64,000 nucleotides of DNA from Stegostoma tigrinum. Its lineage: Eukaryota. The notes below the pieces were generated by a model. That model did not search any database. It was given only the letters and a program-made list of their open reading frames with translations, and was not told where the DNA came from. A program made the translations under genes and the position numbers. Shown piece by piece: positions 1 to 12,110 of the stretch (position 1 is the stretch's first letter; the number at the start of each line of letters is the position of its first letter). The DNA is taken from positions 42,829,517 to 42,893,516 of the forward strand of contig NC_081357.1 in the NCBI RefSeq assembly GCF_030684315.1, given 5' to 3'.

Positions 1-1490
1 GCTCTGTTGTAAGTCTAGTTAAAATTCAAAAAACTAATAAACTGATCTTCAATCCTCTGATAAATTCCTTTATTGCCTTGAAGTGGTATCATAACTGACA
101 AGGGCGTCTTTTTCTTCAACACTATCTGGGTGTCCATTGCCTTTCAGGAGGTTCAGGAGTGGCTAAACTATCCACCTCCTCAGTTAAAGTAATCAGCCCT
201 GTTACGCGGTTACAAGGACCAAGATTTAAATCTAATATTCTGATAACCCTATCCCTAGGGTTTGAGATGACCAGCTGTAAGTCAAAGCTACAGATGGAAG
301 TCATGCCCACGGCTTCTCTTCAACCCTTTCAAGAGAGACAAAATTTTACCCTGAAGTATTTAAGTGACCAATATGTCGGCATGATCCAATTTCTTCAGCA
401 ATCTTATATGAGCTTATGATATAATGAGAACAATTTTATCAGGCGCATATCCATTTGATATGGGAAAGTTTTAATGTGTCCATCAGACGTGAGAAAGTTT
501 CTGACCTGTCCAGAAAGTGTGGGAAAGTGACGTATTGGTGAAGTGTGAGAAACTGTCCAACAAAACTAGGAGGTGTGGGAAAGTAATTGTGTGACGTCTG
601 TGTTGACTACAAAGCATGCTGGCTGATTCAAATTTCACATTCTCAATAAGACAACTAGCCAAGCTCACCAACTGGAAACAAAAAGCTATCATCTCCTAAT
701 TTGCGAAAACAAGAAAACAAGGCCTAGCATTAAGACCACCAATCAGATATCTAAAAAGAAATTCAAATTCCTTTGAACAGGAACGCTGTTTTACCATTCT
801 TCACGCTAAAGTTTGCAATGATATCAATATATTTAATACATAAAATATTCAGCAGGTAAATGTAATCATTTAAAGCATTTGCAAAATGAGCCTCTAAATT
901 ACCTGGTTCTTTTTTTTCAATATGTCCCGTGTCTTCCTCTGAGGTATGCCTCCCTTTTCTGAATGGATCAGTTTTAGCTGAAGCACTGATTCTGGAACTG
1001 GGCTTTTGTTCCCAATGTTCTTTGTGTTTCAATCTCAGTGTCACATTTGTTCAAACTTTTCGAGGTGAACCCTAGCTCTCCTGGGCATCCTGTCATCATT
1101 TTCATACACATTCTCTCCATTACCAGAATGACCACCATCACCCTGTGGAATGGCTCATTCTCCTGTTTGTTTAACAACCTTCTCTCATGTCAGAGTAGCT
1201 ACATAATCCATTGTCCTGAAAAGATGCTAATAGTAAAGGAGCTATAATATCCATGTAAAATGTTGATTTCTAGCCAGTCTGTCTCTATATTGCTCACTCT
1301 AGCTAAATGTTCTCTTTCCCTACACCAATGCTCATGCACTCCAATAACCTCTGTTCCCAATTTCAGCTCCCCTAGTTATCCCATTGCGCCAAATGTTTAT
1401 AGATTCCAGTCACCCACATATTTGTAAGCAGCAGTTCCCTCCATTTCACAGACTCTGACCTTGTTTATGCAAAATAACCCAAGCCATTTC
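1..1490 (-). mobile_element. Decayed Gypsy-type LTR retrotransposon internal fragment (gag/protease remnants, then integrase core)
   Basis: Minus-strand translation gives integrase-like 'PRDRVIRILDLNLGPC' (cf. GIPxVIxSDNGPxF) at ~200-260 and 'KGNGH' (cf. SNGxAER) at ~130-145. A protease-like 'SRISASAK' (cf. IDTGASAN) lies at ~970-1000. Many stops and frameshifts; boundaries approximate. Confidence 0.55.
459..581 (+). promoter_or_regulatory. Homotypic cluster of CSL/RBPJ-like motifs (YGTGRGAA)
   Basis: TATGGGAA 459-466, CGTGAGAA 488-495, TGTGGGAA 518-525, TGTGAGAA 544-551, TGTGGGAA 574-581, all in the same orientation. Function is inferred only. Confidence 0.35.
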
Positions 1491-1739
1491 TTCAGTCTAC
1501 CAAATCACAAATAACAACAAAAGGTGCTTGAGAAGTGCTCGTTCTGGCAGCACATGTGGAGGGAGAAGGAGAATTAATGTTTTGAGTCCATATATAATTT
1601 TTCTTGGGGCTTTAAAAAGGGGCTTGAAAAGCAATGGTTGTTATGCTGTTGATAATGGGACAGATCTGGACAGATCCTAAGCTATGGAATTTTCATATCC
1701 AACATCAACGTTCTCAACCCTTCCCCTGAATAATTAGTG

Positions 1740-2240
1740 ATTTCACATTCCAAAAACTCAGTCTAGCGATTTAGGGATATGGGTTCAAATCCCAGCACAA
1801 CAGCCAGTAGAATTTACTTTCTGGTTTACTAATCTGCAATATAAAGCTAGTCTCAGTAACTGTCATCGTGACAACTATCATCAATTGCCAAAAAGAAAAC
1901 ATTTGGCTCATTAATATCTTTTAAAAAATGACATCTACTGTCCTTGGAGATAGTGAGAACTGCCGATGCTAGAGTCAGAGATAACCCAGTGTGGAGCTGG
2001 AGGAACACAGCGGGCCAGTCAGCATCAGAGGAGCAGGAAAGCTGATGTTTCAGGTCAGAACCCATTTCTAAAGAAGGGTCCCGACCCAAAAGGTCAACTG
2101 ATCTACAGCCCTTGCTTGGTCTGGCCTACATGAAACTGCAGCTCCAGAGAGATGTGGTTGATTTTTAATTGCCCCCTGAATGGCCCTAGCAAGCTACTCA
2201 GTTCAAGGGAAATTAGGAATAAGCAACCTATGCAATATCT
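1740..2240 (+). mobile_element. tRNA-derived SINE (shark family with LINE-like tail), interrupted by a PLE mini-element
   Basis: B-box-like GGTTCAAATCCC at ~1782. Body 'ggtctggcctacatg...atgtggttga' and tail 'gcaagc.actcagttcaaggg.aattagg' recur in related copies at ~3160-3370, 48520-48830, 61270-61490 and 62050-62320. Confidence 0.65.
1947..2100 (-). mobile_element. PLE terminus-only insert (inverted configuration)
   Basis: Reverse complement of the PLE 3' end and tail, followed by a short forward arm 'tctaaagaagggtcccgacccaaaa'. Imperfect TSD atctactgtccttg 1933-1946 / atctacagcccttg 2101-2114. Confidence 0.75.
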
Positions 2241-2708
2241 GTAAACTAGAAAGTAATCAGGGAAATAAAATGTTTTCCCTCCCCAATATCTCATGACTGC
2301 TTTCTCCACCCTTCCCAGTGCTGAAGCTGAGATTTGTCATGCGCTTCCAAATGTCAGAGCCCAGTTTTCCCTGACTCCACCTCTTCCATGAGTCTGTCAA
2401 ATTCCCAAGTCTGCACAGAGATTGCATTAGAACCACCCTACATGTCATCCTATGTCTCATCTTCCTGATTTTCGAGCAGCAGCTGCATCCCCAACTCAAT
2501 CGCAACTCTGCCTTCGTTTTGTATCTCAGCTTCACCTCCACCGGTGCCAAAATCCCATTCCCCACACAATATTCCTACCAGCTGTGAATACTTCTAACTT
2601 TCTCAGACATGCTGCTATTACAGATTTCCAAGGGCAGGTGAGACTCAAATCTTCCAGCCTGGAGGTAGAGACACCACCACTGAACCACAAGGTCCCCTTT
2701 CCAAACAG

Positions 2709-2839
2709 GTGTTGACCTCTATCTTGTACCAATTGCTGAGCTTTCAAGAGAAAGGCAAGAAATAGTTAAACAGCTGGAATTAGAGATGATGAGATATGTG
2801 GAATGGTGCGGACTCATAGGAAATGACAGGCCTAGATAA
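2709..2839 (+). CDS. Putative terminal coding exon of an unidentified host gene
   Basis: Acceptor cccttttccaaacAG. Phase-1 open frame VDLYLVPIAELSRERQEIVKQLELEMMRYVEWCGLIGNDRPR ends in TAA (2837-2839). AATAAA at 2847 and 2861. Sequence is non-repetitive and protein-like. Confidence 0.55.
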
Positions 2840-4529
2840 AGCGTGGAATAAAGAATGCATAATAAATAGGGAGATAGATACATACACAATGTGTGACAAT
2901 GCCAGCAGAAAGACAAAAGAATGGAAAATAAACACTGAACCTATTTAAAAACCAGAGTGAAAAGATAAACAAAAGTCTTCCTCCTTGGCTGCAAGCAGAA
3001 GTATAAATGATCCAATTTTCCTGTTGCAATGTTTGCATTTTTTTCAGGATCTAGTTAAAAAATCATTCACTTGATGGGCATTGTTGTTTGCATGCTACAA
3101 TGCTGCATATATTGTCCATCATAGTGGTGGGCCTTCTTGACTAACCAGCATAAAGTACAGTGGCAGACTGGTCATATTACTGGACTAGTCATCCAGAGAT
3201 CGAAATAATGCTTATCAAAATGGATCAATGGTTCAATTAAAATAAACTCTGGAATAAAAGTGTAGCAATAGGTAACCATGAAATTATAGGACTGCCTTTA
3301 CAACCTATCTGGTTCACTGATGTCCGTTTAGCAAAGTAAATCAGACATAGATGATATGTGACTCATGATACTTAGGAGAAAGGCCCTAGGAATGGATGTT
3401 ACATTCAAATGGCTACACCAACTGGTGGCACAATATTATGTGCAATTCTGCCCCTGCACTGGTGAGAACATTGCACCCCGGGTTAGCAACTTTCTTTGCT
3501 AAAGGACACAAATGACCAAGTTGATTCTATACTGCGCCCCTGTTTTGCAACACACTTCATGGTCCTTTTTACTGATACCAGAATTTTGTAAACTGAATGC
3601 AAACTGCCATGGTACGTTCTGAACATATGCCATCCACCCCAACAGTCCAAGCAGTTGGCAGTGTTGCAGCAGAAGCTGTGTTTTCTTCTTGCAGACACCT
3701 GGGCAGGGAACACAACTCAAATCAGATAAGGTGGGTGTTTCCCTTAAATATTAATGTGGGCAGTGCCTGGGCAAGGGTTGAAGATTAGGGGCAGCTGGTG
3801 GGTCCTGAACACAGTGGCAATCCAAGTTAAAGCACTTCCATTTGAAATGAGGGTCCGAGGTTTCTATGCTGAAAAACGTGTAATGGAAATCACAGAAATA
3901 ATGCAGCAACTTAAAGGTAAGTTTACTTTCGTCATTTCTGAACTTTATTTTCACCTTCATATCATGTGAACCTTTGTGCTAGCTGTTACACGTTATTTAT
4001 TTTACCCCGCAGCACAGTTTCTCGCACCAATGGGTTTCCCAGTGTTTGGAAGAAGTAGAGTATGGAATCGTGCCAGACATGTTTGGCTGCACAACAGATA
4101 CCCTCTCTGCCTGCTGGCACCCACAGCTCCCATTACCAGACACTGAGTGCAGGCAGAGAGTCCTTTGCTCAAATCCCTGGCACATCAAACATAATGACGT
4201 CACTAAGATATGTGATATCAAGCTAGACACAATAGTAGATACTTGCTGACAAGCACCAAAACACTGTTTTCCACTGCTTCACGGACAATGTCTTGCCAGG
4301 GTACTTATGGACTAACACAGCTCGACTAGCCACACCCACCACAGTGCCAGCAGCCTGCGGAAATTGTGCATCTACTTGACAGGAGCTGCAGATTTATGCC
4401 ATCTGCTGTAAAGTCCCCTGTAGCTACCATCTAACAAAGGAATTGGTACATCCAATAAAAGCAGCCATCTGCAGCAATCTCTTGCTTGCCCTCACTTTCT
4501 TCCAGGCAAGCTTCCTGCTAACTTTTAAA

Positions 4530-5225
4530 CCAAGCGGAGGCTCGGGGACCACTTTGCAGAACATCTCCGCTCGGTTCGCAATAAACAACTGCACCTCCCA
4601 GTCGCAAACCATTTCCACTCCCCCTCCCATTCTTTAGATGACATGTCCATCATGGGCCTCCTGCACTGCCACAATGATGCCACCCGAAGGTTGCAGGAAC
4701 AGCAACTCATATTCCGCCTGGGAACCCTGCAGCCCAATAGTATCAATGTGGACTTCACCAGCTTCACAATCTCCCCTTCCTCCACCGCATCCCAAAACCA
4801 GCCCAGTTCGCCCCCTGCCCCCACTGCACCACACAACCAGCCCAGCTCTTCCCCTCCACCCACTGCATCCCATAACCAGTCCAACCTGTCTATGCCTCCC
4901 TAACCTGTTCTTCCTCTCACTCATCCCTTCCTCCCACCCCAAGCCGCACCTTGACCTGTCCGTCTTCCCTGGACTGACCTATCCCCTCCCTACCTCCCCA
5001 CCTATACTCTCCTCTCCACCTATCTTCTTTTCTCTCCATCTTCGGTCCGCCTCCCCCTCTCTCCCTATTTATTCCAGAACCCTCACCCCATCCCCCTCTC
5101 TGATGAAGGGTCTAGGCCCGAAACGTCAGCTTTTGTGCTCCTGAGATGCTGCTGGGCCTGCTGTGTTCATCCAGCCTCACATTTCATTATCTTGGATTCT
5201 CCAGCATCTGCAGTTCCCATTATCA
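4530..5225 (+). mobile_element. Penelope-like element (Neptune-type) copy 1, 5'-truncated (end of GIY-YIG, pLTR, tail)
   Basis: Highly similar to 45160-45882; encodes MSIMGLLHCHNDATRRLQEQQLIFRLGTLQP. Exact 15-bp TSD ctgctaacttttaaa at 4515-4529 and 5226-5240. Confidence 0.95.
5098..5129 (+). ncRNA. Minimal type I hammerhead-ribozyme-like motif in the PLE terminus
   Basis: CTGATGA-A-GGGTC-TA-GGCCC-GAAA-C-GTC-AG: catalytic core boxes, stem II hairpin and GUC site. Stem III is only a CG palindrome and stem I is only ~2 bp. Confidence 0.65.
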
Positions 5226-5769
5226 CTGCTAACTTTTAAAGATGGCTCCATGTAGAGGTATAGGGAACTATTCAAGGCCATCTTTGAAGCATCGCCTAGA
5301 CATCAGCAGCTAACAAGACAGGATGGCAGGTATTCAACAGCATCATTGCTTGCTTGCAGATTTGTCCTGTGCATTAGATTTCTCCTGATTTTTGATTTTT
5401 TATCGTTGCCAGTCACTTCAACCTCAGCATTGATTGTTAATGTAAATCTTTACAGTTTCTCCCAAGTCTTTGAACACGTTTATTATCATATTGCAACATT
5501 CTTTAAAGCTTGTTTATAAACTCTTTCTCTGACACTTCAGTGGTTCCTACCCCTTTCGGGCACTGCACCTGACCAGAACGCAGGTAGTAGAATGACTTAA
5601 ACAAACATGGCTCAAAGTAAATCCAAATGGGAAGAACGAAAGTTTTCTGTGTAAATTGGCATGGTTAAATGGGATGGATAGTATTATCGAAGTTTCTGTT
5701 GTGCATCAGACTGTATCACAACGTGTCTAATTGACAAATTGGAATTCTCACTTAGAGAGGCCAAGGGTT

Positions 5770-6830
5770 GGCGTTGAAGGAATGACATCATAATCTCAGG
5801 TCAGTATGATATATAATTTAAAAGGGAATTTGCAGGTGGTGGTGTTTCCTGGCATCTAGTGCTGTTGTCCTTTCAAGTGGAAAAAAGTCCCAATTTTACT
5901 GTTGAAGGTGCTATTGAAGAAGCATTAGCAAGATCCTGCAACACATGACAGGGAAAGTGAATCAGTGATGGAGGAAGTGACGTTAAAAGTAATGGATGGT
6001 ATGTTGACCAATGGACTAATGTGGTTAGGTAGCACCAGCAAGATCATGGGGCTGACTCGGAAAAAGGACAGTGGAAAAGAGAAACACATGTGTAAAGAAA
6101 CATTGGAGCCACCAAGCAGCTTTACTCTGAGGATTCAAAAATTAGACACTTATCTACAGGATGATGGTGTAGGTGGTAAAAAGGCTTTGGGGTGTAAGGA
6201 GGAGTCACTGCCAGCAATGACTGCTTTTTTCTCCATCACCAGCAACTTACTAAATTTCTTTTGACAGCACCTTCCAAATCCATGGCCACTACCACCTAGA
6301 AAGACAAGGTTGGTAGATGCAAGGGAACACCATACCTGCAAGTTCCCCACCAAGTCATATGCCACCTGGACTTGAAAATGTACCATTTGTCCAATGTCAT
6401 TGATCAATGTCCGTGAATTCTCTTCCAATCACCATTGAGGGTGTCCTTGTATCATGTGGAGAGCATCAATTCAAGATGATAACTCACTACCAGCATCTTA
6501 GGTGAAATTAGGGATAAGTGATAAATGTTATCTGGCCAGTAACTTCCATTTCCTAAGAAGGAGTAAAGTAAAACATGTGTGTGGTACAAATGTTTCTTGC
6601 CACCTAAGAGCCCGAGCCTGAATATTGTCAAGGTCTTGTTGCATGAGGCCATATTTAGCCATTCCTGAATTCATGCCAGGTCAAAATCCTGAAACTCACT
6701 TGCCAGCTGAATTTCACCACAGGCAATGAAGTGGCTTAGGACTCACTGCCACCTACTCAAGAGTAGTTAGGGATGAGCAATACAGGCTGGCCTTGCCAGC
6801 AATGCCCACATCCTATGAATGAGTAAAAAA
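5770..6830. mobile_element. Several decayed CR1-group LINE 3' fragments in both orientations
   Basis: 'gacagcaccttccaaatccatggccactaccacctagaaagacaagg...acctgcaagttcccc' and tail 'ggccttgccagcaatgcccacatcctatgaatgagtaaaaaaa' are shared with 37260-37545 and, reversed, with 56100-56620 and 63310-64000. Confidence 0.6.
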
Positions 6831-7575
6831 AAGTAAACAAACACTGTAACTGGATTAAACATGCATCTGTGGCAGTTTGGGCAAGTTCCCTTTCCCTGGA
6901 ACTGCATTTCAGTTCAAATCAGAGAAAATTGGAATTAGCAGAGATAAACGGGATTACTCACATCTTTTCAGAGGTTTCTTTTCTGCACAGCTCTAGTGTT
7001 CAAAACAAAATCATCTCAGTATGTGACAGGCATGAGTAACAGTCATGATCATTTACTAAGAGCCTGTTATTAAATTCACACCCACTAATTTACCAATAAA
7101 GGAAGAAAAGTACCTCGTTTTAGCATGACAAATATTAAATCCAGCTGTACAAACTACAGAGATCTTTGATACAGATTGTCCTACTTTGCTGTCTCCAACC
7201 TGATGTTTACGATTGCGAATACATGTGATCTTTCAGATAAAATTATGTAATTGTGAGCCGGATAACTGCGCTACCATAGCAACTAACAAGCTGGTAAACA
7301 AGCTTGCTGAAAATCATATAAGTATCATTATATAACGCAATCAATGAATTATAAAACGGATCCAATTTCATAAATGTTAGCAGAATATATGAGCATGCTA
7401 CATCAAAACTGCAGGGTTTTTTTCTATCAATTGTGCTCACCTGTGGATTTTCTTTTCTGAACTACACCCCTAAATAACTGAGTATGTTTCAAACTGTCTG
7501 GAAATTTATTAGTGGTCACACTAGGAAGAAATTTATGGTTCAATCAGTGGAAACAGGTCATTTCAAAAGTCATGA

Positions 7576-7897
7576 GATAACAAAATGTAGAGTTGGATGA
7601 ACACAGCAGGCCAAACAGCATCAGAGGAGCAGGAAAGTTAATGTTTCTGGTCTGGACCCTTCTTCAGAAATGGGACCATTCAGAAATGTGGATTTGGAAG
7701 GATCTCAATGTCTGAATGTAGACATTGTCATGGTTTGGGCCAAATTGGGAAGGATGGCCCATTTCTGAAGAAGGGTCCAGGCCTGAAATGTCAGCTTTTC
7801 TGCTCCTCTGATGCTGCTTGGCCTGCTGTGTTCATCCAGCTCTACACTGTGTTATCTCAGATTCTCCAGCATTGGTAGTTCCTACTATCTCTGAATC
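7576..7897. mobile_element. Fold-back PLE mini-element (two inverted termini, ~80-bp spacer)
   Basis: Left arm 7573-7676 is the reverse complement of right arm ~7758-7859, and only the right arm carries the tail. Exact TSD catttcaaaagtcatga at 7559-7575 and 7898-7914. Confidence 0.9.
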
Positions 7898-8059
7898 CAT
7901 TTCAAAAGTCATGACTGGGGAACCAAAACAGGGAGAAGATGCCTTGCATAACATCAGGATATCTTAAAGCACATCACAACCAATGAAGGACTTTTGAAGG
8001 AGAGTTACGATTTTCCACTGCTTTCTAATCATGCCTGTAACATCAAACTTGTGAAGTAA

Positions 8060-8460
8060 TTCATTTTGGTGAGAACAACATGTAAGTAATATAAAAATAA
8101 AGCAGTCAGCAAGAGCTGTGGGACCTGGTTGTATATCTGCAGATACAATGTGTTTATGAGGCAGTTAATAATGTATATGGTATGCTGGGCTTTGCTAATA
8201 GAGGCACAGAATTCATGAACAAGTTTATGTAAAACTTGTCAAGGATGGTAGTCCTGCTTCAGTTGCAGTATTGCATCACATTCTGGATGCTGCATTTCAG
8301 GAAGGATGTGAAGGCACTGAAGAGAAGGTAGAATAGATAAATGAAAATGCTTCCAAGGATGAGAAATTTCAGTTAACAAGATAGTTTGGAGAAGTTAGCA
8401 CTGTTTTCCTTGAAGCCAGTGAGATTTGATGGAGTTATTCAAAACTATGAGACATCTGGC
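8060..8460 (+). mobile_element. Decayed CR1 LINE ORF2 3' fragment
   Basis: 'cagttgcagtattgcatcacattctggatgctgcatttcaggaaggatgtgaaggcactgaagagaagg' matches CR1 LEYCVQFWSP..RKDV.ALE.VQRR. Confidence 0.7.
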
Positions 8461-9459
8461 TACGGTGATGAAGGAGAAGTCAGAAGGAAAGGTTCGGAGT
8501 GGCTCTCAGCAGAACTTTCACATTCGCACTGCCAGGCCCTTTGATCAGGGACTGAATTATTTTGAACAAAGGACGCCACTAGAAGCCTGCAAGCAAGCTT
8601 GACATGGTTTGCTAGTAAGACTTTCTGCATGGAGACTCTCCAGCACCAAAAGAATGAAGAACCTAAGTATTATTAATTGACTGCTTAAAGTCTTCAATTA
8701 GGGTTAGAGTGGAAGGGCATTCACTTCAGTGGGTAGAGCCAGGAAGGAGGCCAGATTGCCATTTCATGCCCTGATAGCCGACTAAATGCCCTTGCCTCCA
8801 AATCCATCCCAGGGAACCATTAAATTCCACACAAGGGTTTTAAATAGCATCTGGGCAAGAAAGCAATCCACAAACATTTGCTCTGGCTTAATCTTTGAGT
8901 CATGAATTCCAGTTTCTTTCTTGACTCATTGAAAAATATTCTTGCCAACCAAGTTGTATATGAGTCAAAAGAGGTGTATTTTCTAAGTTCCTTCTCTATG
9001 AGTTACCTGAATCAGAACAGAAAATCTCTCCTAACACGCGCATGTACATGAAGAAAGAACTGATGTGCATTGTACCAGCCTTTGTGCCTAAAATGGTGCA
9101 AAGCATTCCAATTTGTGGTCCTGCCTTTGGAATCAATCTACATGCCTTGACCTGAATGGCCATCAATATACCTGAATTAATGAAGGGATAAAGATCAGAG
9201 TTCCAGCTAGTTATCATGTGACTTTTATTGAAGTGCATGTGTGTGTTTGTCAGGTGTAGCCCAATTTGTGAAACCTTTAGTCAAATAGCTTGCAAAGAAG
9301 CAGTGCCTTGGCTCTGGTGTGAGGTACAATTGAGTAGCTGAACCACCAAAACCATGTACCATCGCAAGGAAGAAAGAGGGGAGGTTAACTGGAGAGAAGT
9401 GAAAAGAACATAATCATGTATATAAAAATGTGTATACATGCATACTAACGCTTTGATGT

Positions 9460-9557
9460 TCGAGCTGGTGGGGTTGGTTGCATTGACTTGGTTCGCTGGC
9501 TCGGTGAGCATGTCTACAACCCCATCCACAACCCAAGCTACAAATCATCTCGAAAAC
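9460..9557. mobile_element. Relic of the second PLE family terminus (inverted junction)
   Basis: 'cacaacccaagctacaaatcatctc' resembles the tail of the 36916-37043 insert (cacagcccgagctacagatctactcc). Confidence 0.5.
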
Positions 9558-10479
9558 TTTATACTATTCCTTTAAAAATTTAGTTTAGCTTGGATCAGAT
9601 TCATCACACGTATTCAATAGCAATATAATTTGTTGAACTGACATAATCTTTGAGCCTCCTCAAGCTGCGTAAAGCTGTGCAGCAGCTTTTAACCTTTGGA
9701 CTCTGAGTAGAATGGAAACAGGTAGAATGCGTCATTGTATGATTAGGAGGCTAATCTGTCACTAACCAATTCATCATCAAAGCACAGGATCTAATAAGTG
9801 AAGGTTGTTCACAAACTTGGTAAATATGATGAGTGCTAACTTACGGAGGGCACAATGTGGACCATGTCTTATTAACATATTACACAAAGAATACCAGCAA
9901 AACATTTTTTTTGGCACATTGCTGTACATAAAATGTCTGGAATGTCACAGTGGCTCTGTCACAAATACATTAGTTCTGAAGAATCATGGGATTAGAAAAT
10001 TGCTGCAAACATTAAACTAAATTAATTGATTAAAATCAAAAATGAGCACAGTGATTGTAATATTAATTAATTTACACTGTTGTGCCCGATAGGGATAATG
10101 TGGCAGCGTCGTTCGGTTTTAGACTTAAGAAGGGGTGGCGAGGGGTTTCTTGACAAAATCATGAGTAACCAGTTAAAGCTGACATGCACTATTAAAGCTA
10201 GATTGCACCTCTTAGATGGAAGGTGCATTGTGACTATATCAGTGATCACTGCAGCTCTCATTATAATGTGGAAAAACTGCAATACTGATAATAATTGTAC
10301 CTAATATTTATTGTGCTTAATTATAAAAAGTGATGGGCACTAAGTGGGAATCACTTGTGCCTGTTGATAAGTTTAAACTGCGGTTGTTGAGCAAGGAGGT
10401 GACATGCTTATCATATGTAACTTCAAATATAGGCTTGTAAAAGTGTGTACAGCTTGGCTGAAGTTATACTCTTGAGGCA

Positions 10480-12110
10480 ACAGAGTCCAGGATTTTCAAT
10501 GCCACGCTGAGGGTGTTGATTCAGGAGATGAAGTAGGGAAAAGATGTGCCCTCTCTGCAGGAGGCCAGCATTCCTCCATACAAGCCCTTAGAGGGAGTAC
10601 AGCCAGGCAATCATGGTGACCAAAGCCTTCGAACTCCAAGGATCCACACGCAGTGCTGCAGAAAGTTTAATGACCTCAAATGCATTGCAATCCCATTGAC
10701 CCATTTGTTGGCATCAACATGATTCAAAATCTAATGTCTCAGCTTCAATGGAAGCCACAAAAAGTCAATTTTCTGCCAGGTACACTCAAACTACCAGCAT
10801 CATGGTTACAGATAGCAATGTTCAAAGGGGTTTGCAGGCTGTTATCACAGTCCAAACATCTTTTATCTATCAGATTCCTGGGATTCTGATGCACTGTCTT
10901 GGGAGAGTGACTGTGCTTTGGTGGAACATTAGCCTGATGTTCACTCTCAGGATGACAGAATTTGTCCTCCCACATCTATCACTTCCCAGTGACTTTGCGA
11001 CTGTTGGAAGAGATAGTAGTTCTGAATGGGTTAATGTTCATCTACCACTAATCAACAGAGGAGCCAAAGATAAAGAGAAGACAAAGCAGGAATGGTAGCA
11101 ATGACTACCTCAAGCAACTGTTACATAGTACCACATACTGGTAGGTGGCAAATACCACGAGTAACTCAGGTTGGCCATCTGAAAGCATGACAGTTGTTGG
11201 CTACCAGTCAGCCATCTCGGACTGGCACATTCCATGCTGAGATGATGCAGTATGAAGACTAGTCCTCCAAGGCCATCTGCAGTCTCCTCCACTGAAAGGC
11301 AGTAACCTTCCAGCAGCCATACAGCAACCACAGGAGCATTAGCACAGGCAAAAGCACATGGCAAATAGGCACTTCAAAGAAATGCATAAAGATGACAAGT
11401 TGACAATATGGGAAACTTCAATTCATAAATTTAACTTTTCATGATTATTTTGCATTGATTTGTTTTGGTCCTGCAGCAAAGTAGATCTTGTGATGGTTAG
11501 TAACAGAAGAAACGGAAGGCTTGGGAGATGACATTTGTGTTCACTGGCACCGCGGTCTGATTAGCTATCCATAAGCAGCCCATTCCTCTCATGCAATTGC
11601 TCTGTAATTAGTGACAATGTCTGTGACTTTATAATGGCGCAGTTGTGCTGCATGCAGTGGACCATCATGAATCTTTCCACTCTCAGTTGAATACATCAGG
11701 GCTCCTCAAAACAGTTCAGGCAGAGAAAGCTTCGTTGTGGCATACTGATAGTCCTCTGTATAACATCTTGTATGGCAGCTTTGTTTCCAATGTTTACATT
11801 TTGCCAGATGTATAAATATTATGGATTAGAATTATGCCATCTACGAGTAGTCTGTATCACTCAATCACCACCCTTTGGTTTGCCATGGTTAGTTCATTTG
11901 CCAATGGCACAGTCAATTTCCATTGAATAAAGACATTGTGACTGCAGCCAGATTCTGCCAAGTGAGTGGCATCTGATGAAACATTCATTTGTGGATCATA
12001 GGTGAAGACATTATTGGGATTAGCTGGAAGCTGTCATCTCAGATCAAACGACCTCCTGGCACTCACAATCCCAGTGCACCCATGAAGAAATCACTTGAAT
12101 GGGGTGTCTA
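10480..12110. mobile_element. PIF/Harbinger DNA transposon relic (Myb/SANT ORF on +, transposase C-terminus on -)
   Basis: + strand QCCRKFNDLK at ~10650-10680 (MSANTD-type). - strand GALMYS...CMQHNCAI at ~11630-11705 (cf. GGxLQYxP...ACCxLHNxAI). Boundaries approximate. Confidence 0.55.

Noticed and set aside
1534-1556. gtgctcgttctggcagcacat resembles the U6 snRNA 5' end
   Set aside because: There is no downstream U6 sequence. The context matches the decayed PLE-terminus family seen at 25105-25285.
4795-4880. 39-bp repeats as a CRISPR-like array
   Set aside because: They are contiguous tandem coding repeats with no spacers or cas genes, in eukaryotic context.
7441-7469. 29-nt micro-exon candidate on the - strand (tttAG...CAG|GTGAGC)
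   Set aside because: It lies beyond the model's stop codon and has no independent support.
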